A stretch of DNA of 64,000 nucleotides from Planctomycetota bacterium (GTDB lineage: Bacteria > Planctomycetota > UBA8108 > SXIK01): NCBI GenBank assembly GCA_965223845.1, contig CBDCXR010000004.1, positions 2,880,001-2,944,000 on the forward strand, written 5' to 3'. Positions 39,019 to 49,075 of this stretch are shown here, in pieces. The notes beneath the pieces were generated by a model, which was not told the DNA's origin, made no database searches, and saw only the letters and a list, made by a program, of their open reading frames with translations. A program made the translations under genes and the position numbers. Each line of letters starts with the position of its first letter. Position 1 is the stretch's first letter.

Positions 39019-40461
39019 CTAACGGCAAATAGCCGAAGAGCTCTCGCATCCGAGGTCATCGTCGTCCGTGGGATCCGCCCCGCATTGCGTCCCCGTGGGC
39101 GCAGGTAGGTCCACGCTCCCGACGAACAGGTAGTTCAGCGCGAAAACGGCGTCCGCGAGATTCACTCCGCCACTGTCGTCGGCATCGGCCGCGTCCGCAC
39201 AGGCGAGCACGTACCCTCGACTGAAGAGATGGTTCAGAGTGAAGATGGCGTCCGCCAAATTCACGCCGCCGTCGGAGTTGGCGTCTCCACGAAGGAATTT
39301 TCGGAGTTGGATGTCTCCGATCTCGAACGCCGCGCCGACAAGCTCGAAGGCACCGGCTTCTTCGGGAACGACCAGGCCGGCCTCGCCGCTCACCGAGTTT
39401 CGTACACTCTCGCCGAAGCAGATCGCGTCATTCCCGCTGATGCCGCCGTCGGCGAAAACGATTTCGGTATTGCCGGCCAGCGCGCCCTCGCGCACGCGAA
39501 ACTCGAGCTGCACGACCGGAGGATCGTAGCGGGGAGGGAGAAAGTTCGCCGCGTCGTCGACCGAGGTGAATCGGCCGCAGCAAACGACGTAGCCTTCGTC
39601 GGTGCCATTGTTCCCCGGGGTCAGATTATCGTTGTTGACCTCGACGGCGAAATCGTCGATCGCCCGACCGTCCGGGCGCTCCCACAAAAGAGTTCCGCCC
39701 ACGGCCTCGAGCTGTTCCTCGTCGAAGTCGATCGAGACGGAGAAACCGGAGGTCGGCTGGTTGGAGCTCAAGATGAGCGGAATGATCAACCGGTCCCCCG
39801 CCGACGGAACCGCGCCGACGCCAGACAGCTCGAACGTCACGTCGTAGTCGGAGAGATTCGGAACGACCGGCGGGCCCGTCACGCTCCCCGTGAGGCGAAC
39901 GTTGAAGGAGAGATCACTACTCCGGAGGCTCTCGTTGAGAACCTGGGCCGCGATGACATTCGCCCCCGCGCGGAGCTCCGAAGTCGCCCCTCCTAGGTCG
40001 AACGACTGCGGCGTTCCCGCCTCGTGATTGCAGTTCGCAAGCGAGCGGTAGGAGAGGGGCCCCCGATGCATATCGACGTTCGCGACCGCCACGGGAGTGC
40101 CGTTGATGTAGGCCACGAAGCCATCGTCGAAGTCCGCGGTCAGAACGAGATTCTCGATGCTGCTCGGATCGTCGATGTTGAAGACTTTGCGAACGTAGAC
40201 CGAGCTGAAGTTTTCCCTCATGCCCTCGATCGTCGTGGCATCGTCGCCGTCACCGTACCCGATGCCCAGCCGTCCGGTGTTCCAGTCCGAGTCGTCGAAT
40301 CCGAGCCGAGTCCACTGAGTGGTTCCCGCCGACGGATCCCGAGTCCCCTCGAAGTAGCGCCATTCCTCGCCGAAGTCGAGCAACACCTCTTCGGCGCTAA
40401 CCCCCGAATGAATCGCCCACGTGAGACACAACGCCCCGACGAGAGACAGAGTTCGCGACAT
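39019..40461 (-). CDS. Secreted protein: jelly-roll sugar-binding-like domain + cohesin-like domain + dockerin-like tail
   Basis: Signal peptide, WRYF.G..W...FDDSDW..G..GIGYGD, DFDDGFVAYING, IPLILSS..TSGFSVSIDFD, FLRGDANSDGGVNLADA. Confidence 0.75.
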   Translation of the reverse strand: MSRTLSLVGALCLTWAIHSGVSAEEVLLDFGEEWRYFEGTRDPSAGTTQWTRLGFDDSDWNTGRLGIGYGDGDDATTIEGMRENFSSVYVRKVFNIDDPSSIENLVLTADFDDGFVAYINGTPVAVANVDMHRGPLSYRSLANCNHEAGTPQSFDLGGATSELRAGANVIAAQVLNESLRSSDLSFNVRLTGSVTGPPVVPNLSDYDVTFELSGVGAVPSAGDRLIIPLILSSNQPTSGFSVSIDFDEEQLEAVGGTLLWERPDGRAIDDFAVEVNNDNLTPGNNGTDEGYVVCCGRFTSVDDAANFLPPRYDPPVVQLEFRVREGALAGNTEIVFADGGISGNDAICFGESVRNSVSGEAGLVVPEEAGAFELVGAAFEIGDIQLRKFLRGDANSDGGVNLADAIFTLNHLFSRGYVLACADAADADDSGGVNLADAVFALNYLFVGSVDLPAPTGTQCGADPTDDDDLGCESSSAICR

Positions 40462-40509
40462 GGCATCCTCCCTTGGATGGAATCCCTAAAGTCGATTTCG
40501 CTGGCCGGG

Positions 40510-43500
40510 CTACTCGACCGGCCCGTCCGAGGCAGATCGCACTTCCAGCCCCGACACGATCGCGACGTCGCGATCGGGTACGAAGCGGATATCGAGCGAA
40601 CCGTCCTCCACTTGAACCAGAAACTCGCGCTGCCTCGGCACGCCGAAGCCGGCACTCTCCAGCTCGTAGTCGTCGATCGATCGCGCCCCCTCGATGAAAA
40701 CGTCGAATCGCCTCGGCTCCCGAGTTCCGAGCACGATCTCCGCGAAGTGAAGGGTCACTCGATAACGTCCTCCTTTCACCGGAATGCGGTAGCCGGAGAA
40801 ATGCGCGCCGCCCGCGAACTGTCGCACCGATCGATGGAGCGCGATTCGATCCGAATCGTCGCCGGCGAGTTGCGGGCGCGCATACGTCTTGCCGCCGTGA
40901 AAGAACTGGTCCGCGGCCCATTTCGTGCCGCTCGACTCCTCGAAAGCCGCACCACCCGAGTTCAGGCGGAATGGCACATCGACGTGCCTGCCGGACGAGG
41001 ATTCACCGTGACTCCGATCGGGAGCACGATCCCGTTCGAGTCCGAGACGTTCGACGAGGTAGGCCGGAGCGTCGGGAAGACGGAGCGCCTCGCGAAGGAC
41101 GTCCGACGCCTCGGCCTCGCGCCCCGACACGCGGAGCGCCTCGCCCAGGACGGAGAGAACACTCGGATCGGACCGCGCCGTGGCGTCGACCGCCGCCGCA
41201 GCACTCGCGAGCGCGCCGGAGACGTCGTTCGGGCTTCGTCCGAAGAGCCGGGACGCCGCGAGCATGGCGAGAGCCGCCGGCTCCGTCGAGCGTGGCGCGG
41301 CGCCGTCACCGCGGTGAGATCGCAAGCCCGCGCCCAGTCGGTCCCACTCCGCCTCGAATCGGCCGTCTCTGCCGAGACGATGCTGGAGCGAGGCGAGTCG
41401 CGGCAGCAGCCAGCCGCGCGCGCGATTCTCAAGGACCGCGTCGACCCCGGTGGAAAACGCCTCGGCATAGCGACCCAGTCGCTCGAGCGCCCAGACCAAG
41501 TCGGCGACGGCTCGGTCGTAACTCGGATCGAGCTCCACCGCGCGGCGAAGGGATCGCAGGCCGGCATCGCTCTCGCCGAGGCGAAGTTGAAGAAGGCCGA
41601 GCTCGCGATGGGCTCCGGCGTCCGTCGCATCGAGCTCGACCGCGGCGAGCAGCGAATTAGCTGCTTCGGCCGGGCTGCCGTTCGCCGCCAGCGCCTGAGC
41701 CAATACCCGGTACGTCGACGTCCGGGGATCCGATGCGACGGACTCGCGAGCAACCTCGATCGCTTGATCGAACTGCCCTCGAGCGAGAAGGAGCCGACTC
41801 AGCTCGTAGCGCAGACGAAGGGATCGATGACGAGGATTTCCGCCCGCGATCTTCGCCGCAGCGCGGTACGTGTCCACCGCTTCGCGGAATCTCCCCCGGC
41901 GCTTGAAATGCCGAGCCAGGTGGAAGATCCACCGCGGTTCTTCGGGGCTCACCGCGATCGCGCGCTCAAAGTAATCCTCCGCGCGCGTCCAATCACCCTC
42001 CATCTCGTAGGCTGCCCCTAAGAGGCAGAGGGTCGCATCTCGACCCGGATTGAGCTCGTCTGCACGGTGAATGATCGTGAGGGCGTCTCGAATGCCCCCC
42101 CCCGACTTCGCGACCTTGAGCAGCGCCGCGCCCAGAGAATGGTGCAGTCGCGCATTGTCGGGAAATCGTGCGATTCCTTCGCGCCCGACGCGCACGGCCT
42201 CGTCGTAACGTCCGAGGAGATAGTTAAAGCTGGTCCGCAGCGCGAAGCTGAGTGACGCGTCGGTGCTCTTTCCGATCCATCGGAGTCCCTCTTCGTACTC
42301 GCGGTGAAACTTGTAGAACCCCGTCACCCAAGTGACGATCTCGTTCCGGAACTTCGGTTGGTGCTCGAACGCCTCTCCGAAGGTCCGGGCCGTTTCTTTC
42401 GGCTCCCCCTTCTCGAAGTAAGCCATCCCGAGGAGCAGCCTCGGTTCGACCGCGTCGGGCCAAATCGTAGTCGCCGCGATGAGCATCTCGACGGCTTCGG
42501 AAAGGCGGTCCGATTTCAGCAGTGCCGAGGCACCGCCGAGATAAAACTCGATGTCCGCCCCGAGGAACGGCTCCCCTTCGCTCTTCGAAACGTCGATGAG
42601 GCGCTTGTACGCGCTCGCGGCAACCGGCCAGTCCGACGCGCGGCTCGCTTGATAGGCCTCGAGCCAGAGCTCGCCCCATGCCGAGGCAGTTTTGGCCAAA
42701 GACGCCCGGGAGCGACCGAGCTCGACGTCGCGCAGAATTCGTGCGGGGACGAGACCGGAATCGAGCCGGAGTGCCTCGTCGAGGTCCTCGAGGGCCGCAT
42801 CTCCCCGACCTAAAAGACGAAGCCCGCGCGCCCGATGGAGGAACGCCTCCGCCCGTCGCGGATCGACGGCGATCGCATCACCGAGGCGCTTCAGCGCATC
42901 TTCGAGGGGAAGCAATCCCTCGCTCGGGAGAAGCGCGCTGCGCCAAACCCGTTCGGCGGACTGCCGCGGCGACGAGTTCGTTTCACTGTGGGCTCGCACC
43001 GTCTCGCCCGTCCACGCGTCGAGCGCCATCGCTCCGAGATGGAGCTGCATGACGGCTTCCTCGACTTCACTTCGGTACCTCCGTGCGGTTTCGAGCTCGC
43101 GCGAACTGCGATAGTTCCAGACCAGCAGACTCGAAGTGACGGCCAAGAGGACGATCGATGCCGAAAGCACGAGCTGCCGCCGGTTCTGCCAGGCACGACG
43201 TAGAATCGACTCCCACGCCGGGGGCACTCTCGCCTCGATGGGGTCTCCTCGAGAGAACCGTCTCAAGTCTTGGCCTAGCGCCTCCGCCGTTCGGTAGCGG
43301 TCGCTCGCGCTCTTCGCCATGCACCGCAGGACGATGGTCTCGAGGTCTTTGGGGACTCGAGGACTGATCGAGCGAATTCGCCGCGCGTCACGAGTGATCA
43401 CTTGGCTGAGAGTGTCCGCGTGGTCCTTCCCGCGAAACGGTGGCTCGCCCGTGAACGTTTCGTACATGGTCGCGCCGAGAGAATAGATATCGGTGCGGTG

Positions 43501-44325
43501 GTCGATCGGAATCCTTCGGCGCCGCGCCTGCTCCGGGCTCATGTACTGGGGAGTCCCGACGAAGTCGCCCGACTGCGTGAGCGACTCTTGGCCTTCGAGC
43601 CGTGCGAGTCCGAAGTCGAGGATTCGCAAGCGTTGCTGCGCGTCGAGAATCAGGTTCGACGGCTTGATATCGCGGTGGATAACACCCTTTCCGTGCGCGT
43701 GCTGCAGGCCGTCGGCAACCTCCGCGAAGATTCGAGCCAGACTGCCGAAATAAGAGACGTCGTCCTTTCTCCCAAAGGTCGTGACGCTCTCCGGATCTGC
43801 CTCCCTCAATCGCTCGAGGACGCGCGCCAAGGTCTCGCCCTCGACGTATTCCATCGCGAAGTAGGGAGTGTGTTCCTTGAGACCGACGCCGTACACGGGG
43901 ACGACGTTCGGGTGACTCAGCTTTCCCGCAGTCCGCGCCTCGCGCATGAATCGGCTGAACGCTTTGTCGTCCGCGGCTACGCCGGCAGGGAGGACCTTGA
44001 GGGCGACGGCGCGATCCATCGAGTTTTCCCATGCCTCGTACACGACTCCCATACCGCCGCGACCGAGTGGGCGCTGAAGGACGTAGTCTCCGAGAGTGCC
44101 CAGCGAGCGATGCGGCGTACCGCCTCCCAGCGCGCCATCGAAAACTCGGAGTTGGTCGACGAGGTCATCGGCAAGATGCGGATAGTCGCGCCGTACGTCC
44201 TCCACGCGGATCGCTTCGCCTGCGGTGAGCCTCTCGACGTACTCGGCGAAAACCATCTCGAGCTCGGAAAGTCCGTCGCTCGATCCTCCCGAGATGCCGT
44301 CGAACGGATCGGAATCATCGAACAT
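40510..44325 (-). CDS. Hanks-type Ser/Thr kinase with TM, TPR repeats and C-terminal malectin domain
   Basis: LGRGGMGVVY, HRDIKPSN, DFGLAR, GTPQYMSPEQ, then TPRs, then YRVTLHFAEI...RRFDVFIEG...AIVSGLEV. Confidence 0.93.
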   Translation of the reverse strand: MFDDSDPFDGISGGSSDGLSELEMVFAEYVERLTAGEAIRVEDVRRDYPHLADDLVDQLRVFDGALGGGTPHRSLGTLGDYVLQRPLGRGGMGVVYEAWENSMDRAVALKVLPAGVAADDKAFSRFMREARTAGKLSHPNVVPVYGVGLKEHTPYFAMEYVEGETLARVLERLREADPESVTTFGRKDDVSYFGSLARIFAEVADGLQHAHGKGVIHRDIKPSNLILDAQQRLRILDFGLARLEGQESLTQSGDFVGTPQYMSPEQARRRRIPIDHRTDIYSLGATMYETFTGEPPFRGKDHADTLSQVITRDARRIRSISPRVPKDLETIVLRCMAKSASDRYRTAEALGQDLRRFSRGDPIEARVPPAWESILRRAWQNRRQLVLSASIVLLAVTSSLLVWNYRSSRELETARRYRSEVEEAVMQLHLGAMALDAWTGETVRAHSETNSSPRQSAERVWRSALLPSEGLLPLEDALKRLGDAIAVDPRRAEAFLHRARGLRLLGRGDAALEDLDEALRLDSGLVPARILRDVELGRSRASLAKTASAWGELWLEAYQASRASDWPVAASAYKRLIDVSKSEGEPFLGADIEFYLGGASALLKSDRLSEAVEMLIAATTIWPDAVEPRLLLGMAYFEKGEPKETARTFGEAFEHQPKFRNEIVTWVTGFYKFHREYEEGLRWIGKSTDASLSFALRTSFNYLLGRYDEAVRVGREGIARFPDNARLHHSLGAALLKVAKSGGGIRDALTIIHRADELNPGRDATLCLLGAAYEMEGDWTRAEDYFERAIAVSPEEPRWIFHLARHFKRRGRFREAVDTYRAAAKIAGGNPRHRSLRLRYELSRLLLARGQFDQAIEVARESVASDPRTSTYRVLAQALAANGSPAEAANSLLAAVELDATDAGAHRELGLLQLRLGESDAGLRSLRRAVELDPSYDRAVADLVWALERLGRYAEAFSTGVDAVLENRARGWLLPRLASLQHRLGRDGRFEAEWDRLGAGLRSHRGDGAAPRSTEPAALAMLAASRLFGRSPNDVSGALASAAAAVDATARSDPSVLSVLGEALRVSGREAEASDVLREALRLPDAPAYLVERLGLERDRAPDRSHGESSSGRHVDVPFRLNSGGAAFEESSGTKWAADQFFHGGKTYARPQLAGDDSDRIALHRSVRQFAGGAHFSGYRIPVKGGRYRVTLHFAEIVLGTREPRRFDVFIEGARSIDDYELESAGFGVPRQREFLVQVEDGSLDIRFVPDRDVAIVSGLEVRSASDGPVE

Positions 44326-44935
44326 CTTGTTTCTCCGCGCCTTCGAGCCTGCGATCGGGAAGAGTGAGACTCTCGGTATCTCCGAACGCGCTCTTCAGCT
44401 GCTTGAGCGCCCGGTAGAGGAGCTGCTTCACCGCGTCCGGTGAGCGCCCCATCCGCCGCGCGACCGCGCTAAAGGACAGGCCGTCTACGCGGGTGAGGAG
44501 AATGACTTGCCGGTGGTCGGGGTCGAGCCGAGCGAGGGATTCCTCCAGTCGATCGAAACGCTCGCCCCGCCTGAGCTCGCTGCTCGGCGAAACGAGTTCG
44601 TCGGGAACATCCTCCTCGAGTGGCGCCCGACGCTCGCGCGCCGCTCGTCGCGCCGACTCGAGAACGACGTTTTCGGCGATCTTGCCGACCCAGCGAAAGA
44701 GGGAGTCTTCCCCGCGCCACTCGAAGCGCTGAATCGACCGAAAGCTGCGAAGGAGCGTTTCCTGGTACACGTCGTCGAACTCGATTCCGAGGGCTAGATA
44801 CGCATTCACCCGCGAAGCCACGACACCTCGGAAACGGCTCGCCTCCGTCCGCACGAGAAGTTCGAACGACTCGCGGTTTCCCGACTGAGCGGACGTCACG
44901 AGCGTTCGGATGTCTTGGGGGGCTTCCATTTGCAT
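44315..44935 (-). CDS. ECF sigma factor coupled to the Ser/Thr kinase
   Basis: AQSGNRESFELL, DDVYQETLL, FEWRG...FRWV, MGRSPDAVKQLLYRALKQLK. Overlaps the kinase start. Confidence 0.9.
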   Translation of the reverse strand: MQMEAPQDIRTLVTSAQSGNRESFELLVRTEASRFRGVVASRVNAYLALGIEFDDVYQETLLRSFRSIQRFEWRGEDSLFRWVGKIAENVVLESARRAARERRAPLEEDVPDELVSPSSELRRGERFDRLEESLARLDPDHRQVILLTRVDGLSFSAVARRMGRSPDAVKQLLYRALKQLKSAFGDTESLTLPDRRLEGAEKQDVR

Positions 44936-44977
44936 CGCGCGTGGACTAGCTCGCCTCGAGATACGTCCGGTGAAGGT

Positions 44978-46387
44978 TCAGTTCGGCGCGGCTTCGAATC
45001 CGCCGCACGCCGGTTGGCTCTCGCACGAGAGCGAATCTCGCGTGGGATCGCGGCCACACGCCGCTGCACCCGGTGCAGGCACCACGCGGCCGTCGAGAAA
45101 GAGCCAGTTGAGGGCGAAGATCGGATCGGAGAGCGTCACTCGTCCGTCGTCGTCGACGTCCGCAGCGTCTCTGCAGCCCGGTTCGTCTCCGTCCAGAAAC
45201 AACCAATTGAGCGTGTACAACGAATCGGAAAGAACGACCTGTCCGTCGCCGTCGGAATCCCCGCGCCGGAAGAGCGGTGAAGCGTCCGGGCGCTCGGTGA
45301 GCTTGGCGAGGTACTGCTCGGAGCGCGGGCCGCTCGTCCCGAAGACGACGTAGTCGCCGGCAGAAGTGAGCGCGAGAGATGGACTGCGGTCGACCTTCTC
45401 CGTGCCGAACACTTTCTCCCAGACGAGCTCACCCGCGGGATCCGTTCGGACCATGTAGAACTCCGTCGTGTCGAGTTCGCGAAAAATCGTCCATCCGACC
45501 GCCACGACCCCGCCGTCGGGAGCCGGGACGACCGAGCAGCCGCGAGCAGTTCCTGCTCCGGCGAACAACTTCTCCCAGACGACGTCGCCCCACTCCGGGC
45601 CGGTCCGGAGAACGAACATCGCTTCCGAAGCCGCAAATCCGACGACGACGAATCCGCCGTCCGGCATCTCCCGCACCGCCTTGCCGACGAATGGACGCCC
45701 TCGAGGGAACGTGGTCTCGCGCAGGAGCTCCCCCTCGCCGCTGACGAGGACAAGGTAAACACTGTCCCCGCGAGTGCCCGCGAGAATCAGATTCCCGTCG
45801 CGCGTCTCCTGGACCGAATTGACGGTGGAGTCCTCGTCGCCATCGTAGACCTCCTCCCAATGAAGGTCGCCGTCGCCGTCTGTCTTGGCGAGATAAGCGC
45901 GCCGATCCCGCGGACCATCGATCGCCGTCCGCCCGGCGACGACGTAGCCGCCGTCCGAAGTTTCGACCACGTCGAAGCCGGCGGTTTCCGCCTCCCGTTC
46001 GCCGATCCACTCCCACAGGAGCTCGCCGTCGCCGTCCGTCTTGAAGAGCCGCACGGCCAGCAGATCGTCCGCGCGGGGGATCGAGCCGCCGACAATAAAG
46101 CCGCCATCCGCGGTCTCGCGGACTCCCGATCCGGGGTAGAGCGGACCGTCGTAAGTCTTGGCCCAGACAATGTTCCCTTCGGAGTCCGTCCGAATTAGCC
46201 GCTCGCCGACGGCGATGAAACCCCCGTTCGTCGTGGGCTGCACGGTACCGTCGCCGTGGGAGATCCCGGGGCCGAGCCAGCGCTCCCATTCGACCTCCGG
46301 CGGCTCGGCCCCTCGAGCGGGTCCGCCGACGGTGACGAACGAGAGAACAGAGATCAGCCCGATCGAGTACGACCCGTGGCGAAACAT
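44978..46387 (-). CDS. Secreted beta-propeller repeat protein with dockerin-like tail
   Basis: Repeats T.DGG(F/Y)(I/V)V.G...(L/K)TD.DG.L.WE, then FRRGDSDGDGQVVLSD...CGRDPTRD. Confidence 0.82.
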   Translation of the reverse strand: MFRHGSYSIGLISVLSFVTVGGPARGAEPPEVEWERWLGPGISHGDGTVQPTTNGGFIAVGERLIRTDSEGNIVWAKTYDGPLYPGSGVRETADGGFIVGGSIPRADDLLAVRLFKTDGDGELLWEWIGEREAETAGFDVVETSDGGYVVAGRTAIDGPRDRRAYLAKTDGDGDLHWEEVYDGDEDSTVNSVQETRDGNLILAGTRGDSVYLVLVSGEGELLRETTFPRGRPFVGKAVREMPDGGFVVVGFAASEAMFVLRTGPEWGDVVWEKLFAGAGTARGCSVVPAPDGGVVAVGWTIFRELDTTEFYMVRTDPAGELVWEKVFGTEKVDRSPSLALTSAGDYVVFGTSGPRSEQYLAKLTERPDASPLFRRGDSDGDGQVVLSDSLYTLNWLFLDGDEPGCRDAADVDDDGRVTLSDPIFALNWLFLDGRVVPAPGAAACGRDPTRDSLSCESQPACGGFEAAPN

Positions 46388-46596
46388 CGAGTGCCTCCCC
46401 CTCCCGGCGGCCGGAATCCCTTCGAACGTCGCGGAGCCGGGGAACCGGCTCGGCCGAAGACGCCGGAGCTCGCGAGAGCTCCGTCACGCATCATCGTCAT
46501 GACGACGGCGGCCCGCGGGGAACGAGAAATCTCTTCGCGAACTGCCCGAAGAGCGGGCGGCGCGCTCCGATTCGGCGGCCGGTCGAGTCACCCAAT

Positions 46597-46643
46597 AAAA
46601 AAACGTCCCGCGATCGGGCGATGGATCGCTCGATCGCGGGACG
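46597..46643 (-). terminator. Intrinsic terminator of the selenoprotein gene
   Basis: Minus strand CGTCCCGCGATCGAGCGAT-CC-ATCGCCCGATCGCGGGACG followed by a T7 run, ~40 nt after the TAG stop at 46683. Confidence 0.75.
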
Positions 46644-46682
46644 CAGCTCACCGGAGCCGGCGGCGTCGGATCGCCTCGGCGG

Positions 46683-48074
46683 CTACTCTTCGAGGAGCCG
46701 CTTCAGCTCGTTCTCGAGCTCTTCGAGCCCGACGCCGATCTTGTGGTACCGGACGTTTCCACTCTTATCGACGAGGAACGTGGTCGGATAGAACCGGACG
46801 CCGAACGCCGCGGCCTCGTCGGCGCCGCCCATGAGCACGGTTTGCTTGAGCTCCTTCTCCTTGACGAACTTCTCGACGACGGGTTTCGGATTCTCCCACG
46901 TGTGCACCGCGACGACTTCAACTCCCTTAGCCCGGTACTTTTCCCCAAGCTTGCTGAGGTGCGGAGCCTCCGCACGACAAGGTCCTCACCCGTAGCCCCA
47001 GAAGTTGAGGATGCTCACCTTGCCCTTTCGCTTGGCGGCGAAGTCGTAGTCGTGGCCCGCGAGGTCGGGAAGCTGGATCGCCGGAGCGGCGCGACCGAGG
47101 ACTTTCTTGAGCGCAGCCCCCTCGGCCGACGATTCGTAGAGTTGCGCGTAGGCGCGGACGCGACTCTCGAACGCCGCGGCGAGTGGTGCCACCGGCGTGT
47201 CCTCGGCCGACTTCGAGAACGTTTCGACGACCTTGGCGAGCTCGTCCGACGACGCGCTGCGGGTATCGAAGGAGGTTCCGATCGTCTCCGCCTTCGCGAG
47301 AAGCTCGGCCCACGCGGGAGCGGAATCCCCGGTGTAGGCGACCGAGCTCTTCGCGGCTAGCTTCAGCGTGCGATCGAGAACGACCGGATCGCCTCCGCCC
47401 GGCGAAAACTCGAAGCCGGCGTGATGCTCGATCGCGGCGATCACACCGTCCGTCCCGAGAACGTAACGCTCCGAGTATGCTCGGACGGTGGCTTCCTGAC
47501 CATTGAACGAGAAAACCGTATCCTTCCCGCCCGTAAGCTCGCGCGTGACAACGACCTGATCCCCGGACTTCTCGACCTTCGTCACGAGGTCGGCGGTCGC
47601 CCAGCCGACGTTCAAGACGTGGAGCGACTCGGTCGAGCGTGCGCTCGTCCCTTCGGCCGGAAGGGCCGCGAGCGGAAGCGCGAGCGGAAAAAACACGCCG
47701 AGCGTGTGGTTCTCGTCGCTCCCCGCGGTCTCGAAGTCGCGCGGCCCGTGGGGACGGAGCACGGTAGAGCCAGCCTTCCGGGACACCGTCCAATGTTCGA
47801 TCGCCCCCTGCCGGCCGTCCTCATCCTCGAGCACCCGCGCGGTGAGGAGCGGCGTCCGTTCGTTCGCAGAGCTCCCGGTGAGAAGCACCAGTGTCGCGTC
47901 GTACTCGACGTTGAGCTCGTTGTCGCCGTGTTTTTGCAGCAGGGTCGCCTTTCCGGCCAGGGTCGCGAGTCGGTCCGGCTTGAGCTCGAGCCCCGGCGCG
48001 GCACTCGTCGGCGAGGCGAGGAAGAGTGTGGCCACCACCGCGAGGGCGGCAGCGGCGGTCGACACCGGACGCAT
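46683..48074 (-). CDS. Putative selenoprotein: secreted TlpA/redoxin-family thioredoxin with UxxC active site (Sec at UGA 46988-46986)
   Basis: ...APAIQLPDLAG...KGKVSILNFWGYG-TGA-GPCRAEAPHL...YPTTFLVDKSGNVR. The downstream ORF 46683..46907 is in frame. Signal peptide from ATG 48074. Confidence 0.9.
46959..46988 (-). promoter_or_regulatory. Putative bacterial SECIS element
   Basis: TGA + 10 nt + GTGCGGA-GGC-TCCGCAC, a 7-bp perfect stem. Loop G at +18, the same spacing as the element at 16518. Confidence 0.8.
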
Positions 48075-48266
48075 AGCAGATTCTCCTTCTGGTAGAGTTC
48101 TCGGGGAAACGGGCTCGGCGGCGGCGAACGGCGCACCGACACACCAGCCCCGCAGTGTAACGGGAGAACGCGCGCGGCGGTAACTCGGTTCCCGCTCCGG
48201 CGCGGAAAACTGGTATCGTTCGGACGCGGACGACACGTTTGGATCCGTGCTGGCAAGGAGACCACA

Positions 48267-49043
48267 ATGAAGAGGGATGCGGCGGCCGAATTGGCCGGGA
48301 AGGTCGCACTCGTCACCGGCGGGAGCCGAGGGATCGGTCGAGCCATCGCTCAAGCCTTCCTCGAACGGGGTGCGAGCGTGGTCATCACGGGCCGTAAGCG
48401 CGAGTCGCTCGCCAGCGCTCAGGACGAGCTCCACGGGCTGGGTCTCCGGCAGATTCGGACGATCGAGGCGCACAGCGCCGACCCCGAGGCGATGGCGCGC
48501 GTCTTCGACGAAGCCGAGAGCGAGTTCGGAACGGTACAGGTCCTCGTGAACAACGCGGCGACGAATCCGGTGATGACTCCCCTCGCGGAAACCGACCTCA
48601 CGGTCGTCGACAAGATCCTCGCGACGAACGTGCGGGGATATCTGCTCGCGGCGCAGACCGCGGCCGGACGGCTGCGCGAGCACGGAAAGAGCGGGAGCAT
48701 CATCAACGTTTCGTCCGTGGCGTCCCGCCGGGGCTGGCCGGGTCTCGGCGCGTACAGCGTCAGCAAGGCGGCCGTCAACATGATGACGGAGGTCCTCGCG
48801 GCAGAGCTCGGTCCCGCCGGGATCCGCGTCAACGGGATCGCTCCCGGGCTCGTCAAGACGCGCTTCAGTCAGGCACTCTGGGGCGACGCGGCCGCAGCGG
48901 AAGGCGTGACGCAGCGACTCCCGCTCCGTCGACTGGGTGAGCCGACCGATATCGTCGGAGCTGCGGTCTTCCTCGCGTCGGACGCGTCCGCTTACATCAC
49001 CGGGCAGACTCTCGCCGTCGACGGCGGCATGCTCGTCGTGTGA
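48267..49043 (+). CDS. Short-chain dehydrogenase/reductase (DHRS4/FabG-like)
   Basis: TGGSRGIG, NNAATNP, YSVSK, IRVNGIAPG. Confidence 0.93.
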   Translation: MKRDAAAELAGKVALVTGGSRGIGRAIAQAFLERGASVVITGRKRESLASAQDELHGLGLRQIRTIEAHSADPEAMARVFDEAESEFGTVQVLVNNAATNPVMTPLAETDLTVVDKILATNVRGYLLAAQTAAGRLREHGKSGSIINVSSVASRRGWPGLGAYSVSKAAVNMMTEVLAAELGPAGIRVNGIAPGLVKTRFSQALWGDAAAAEGVTQRLPLRRLGEPTDIVGAAVFLASDASAYITGQTLAVDGGMLVV

Positions 49044-49075
49044 CGCCGCGCGCAACCCCGGCCGGCCGAGCGACG

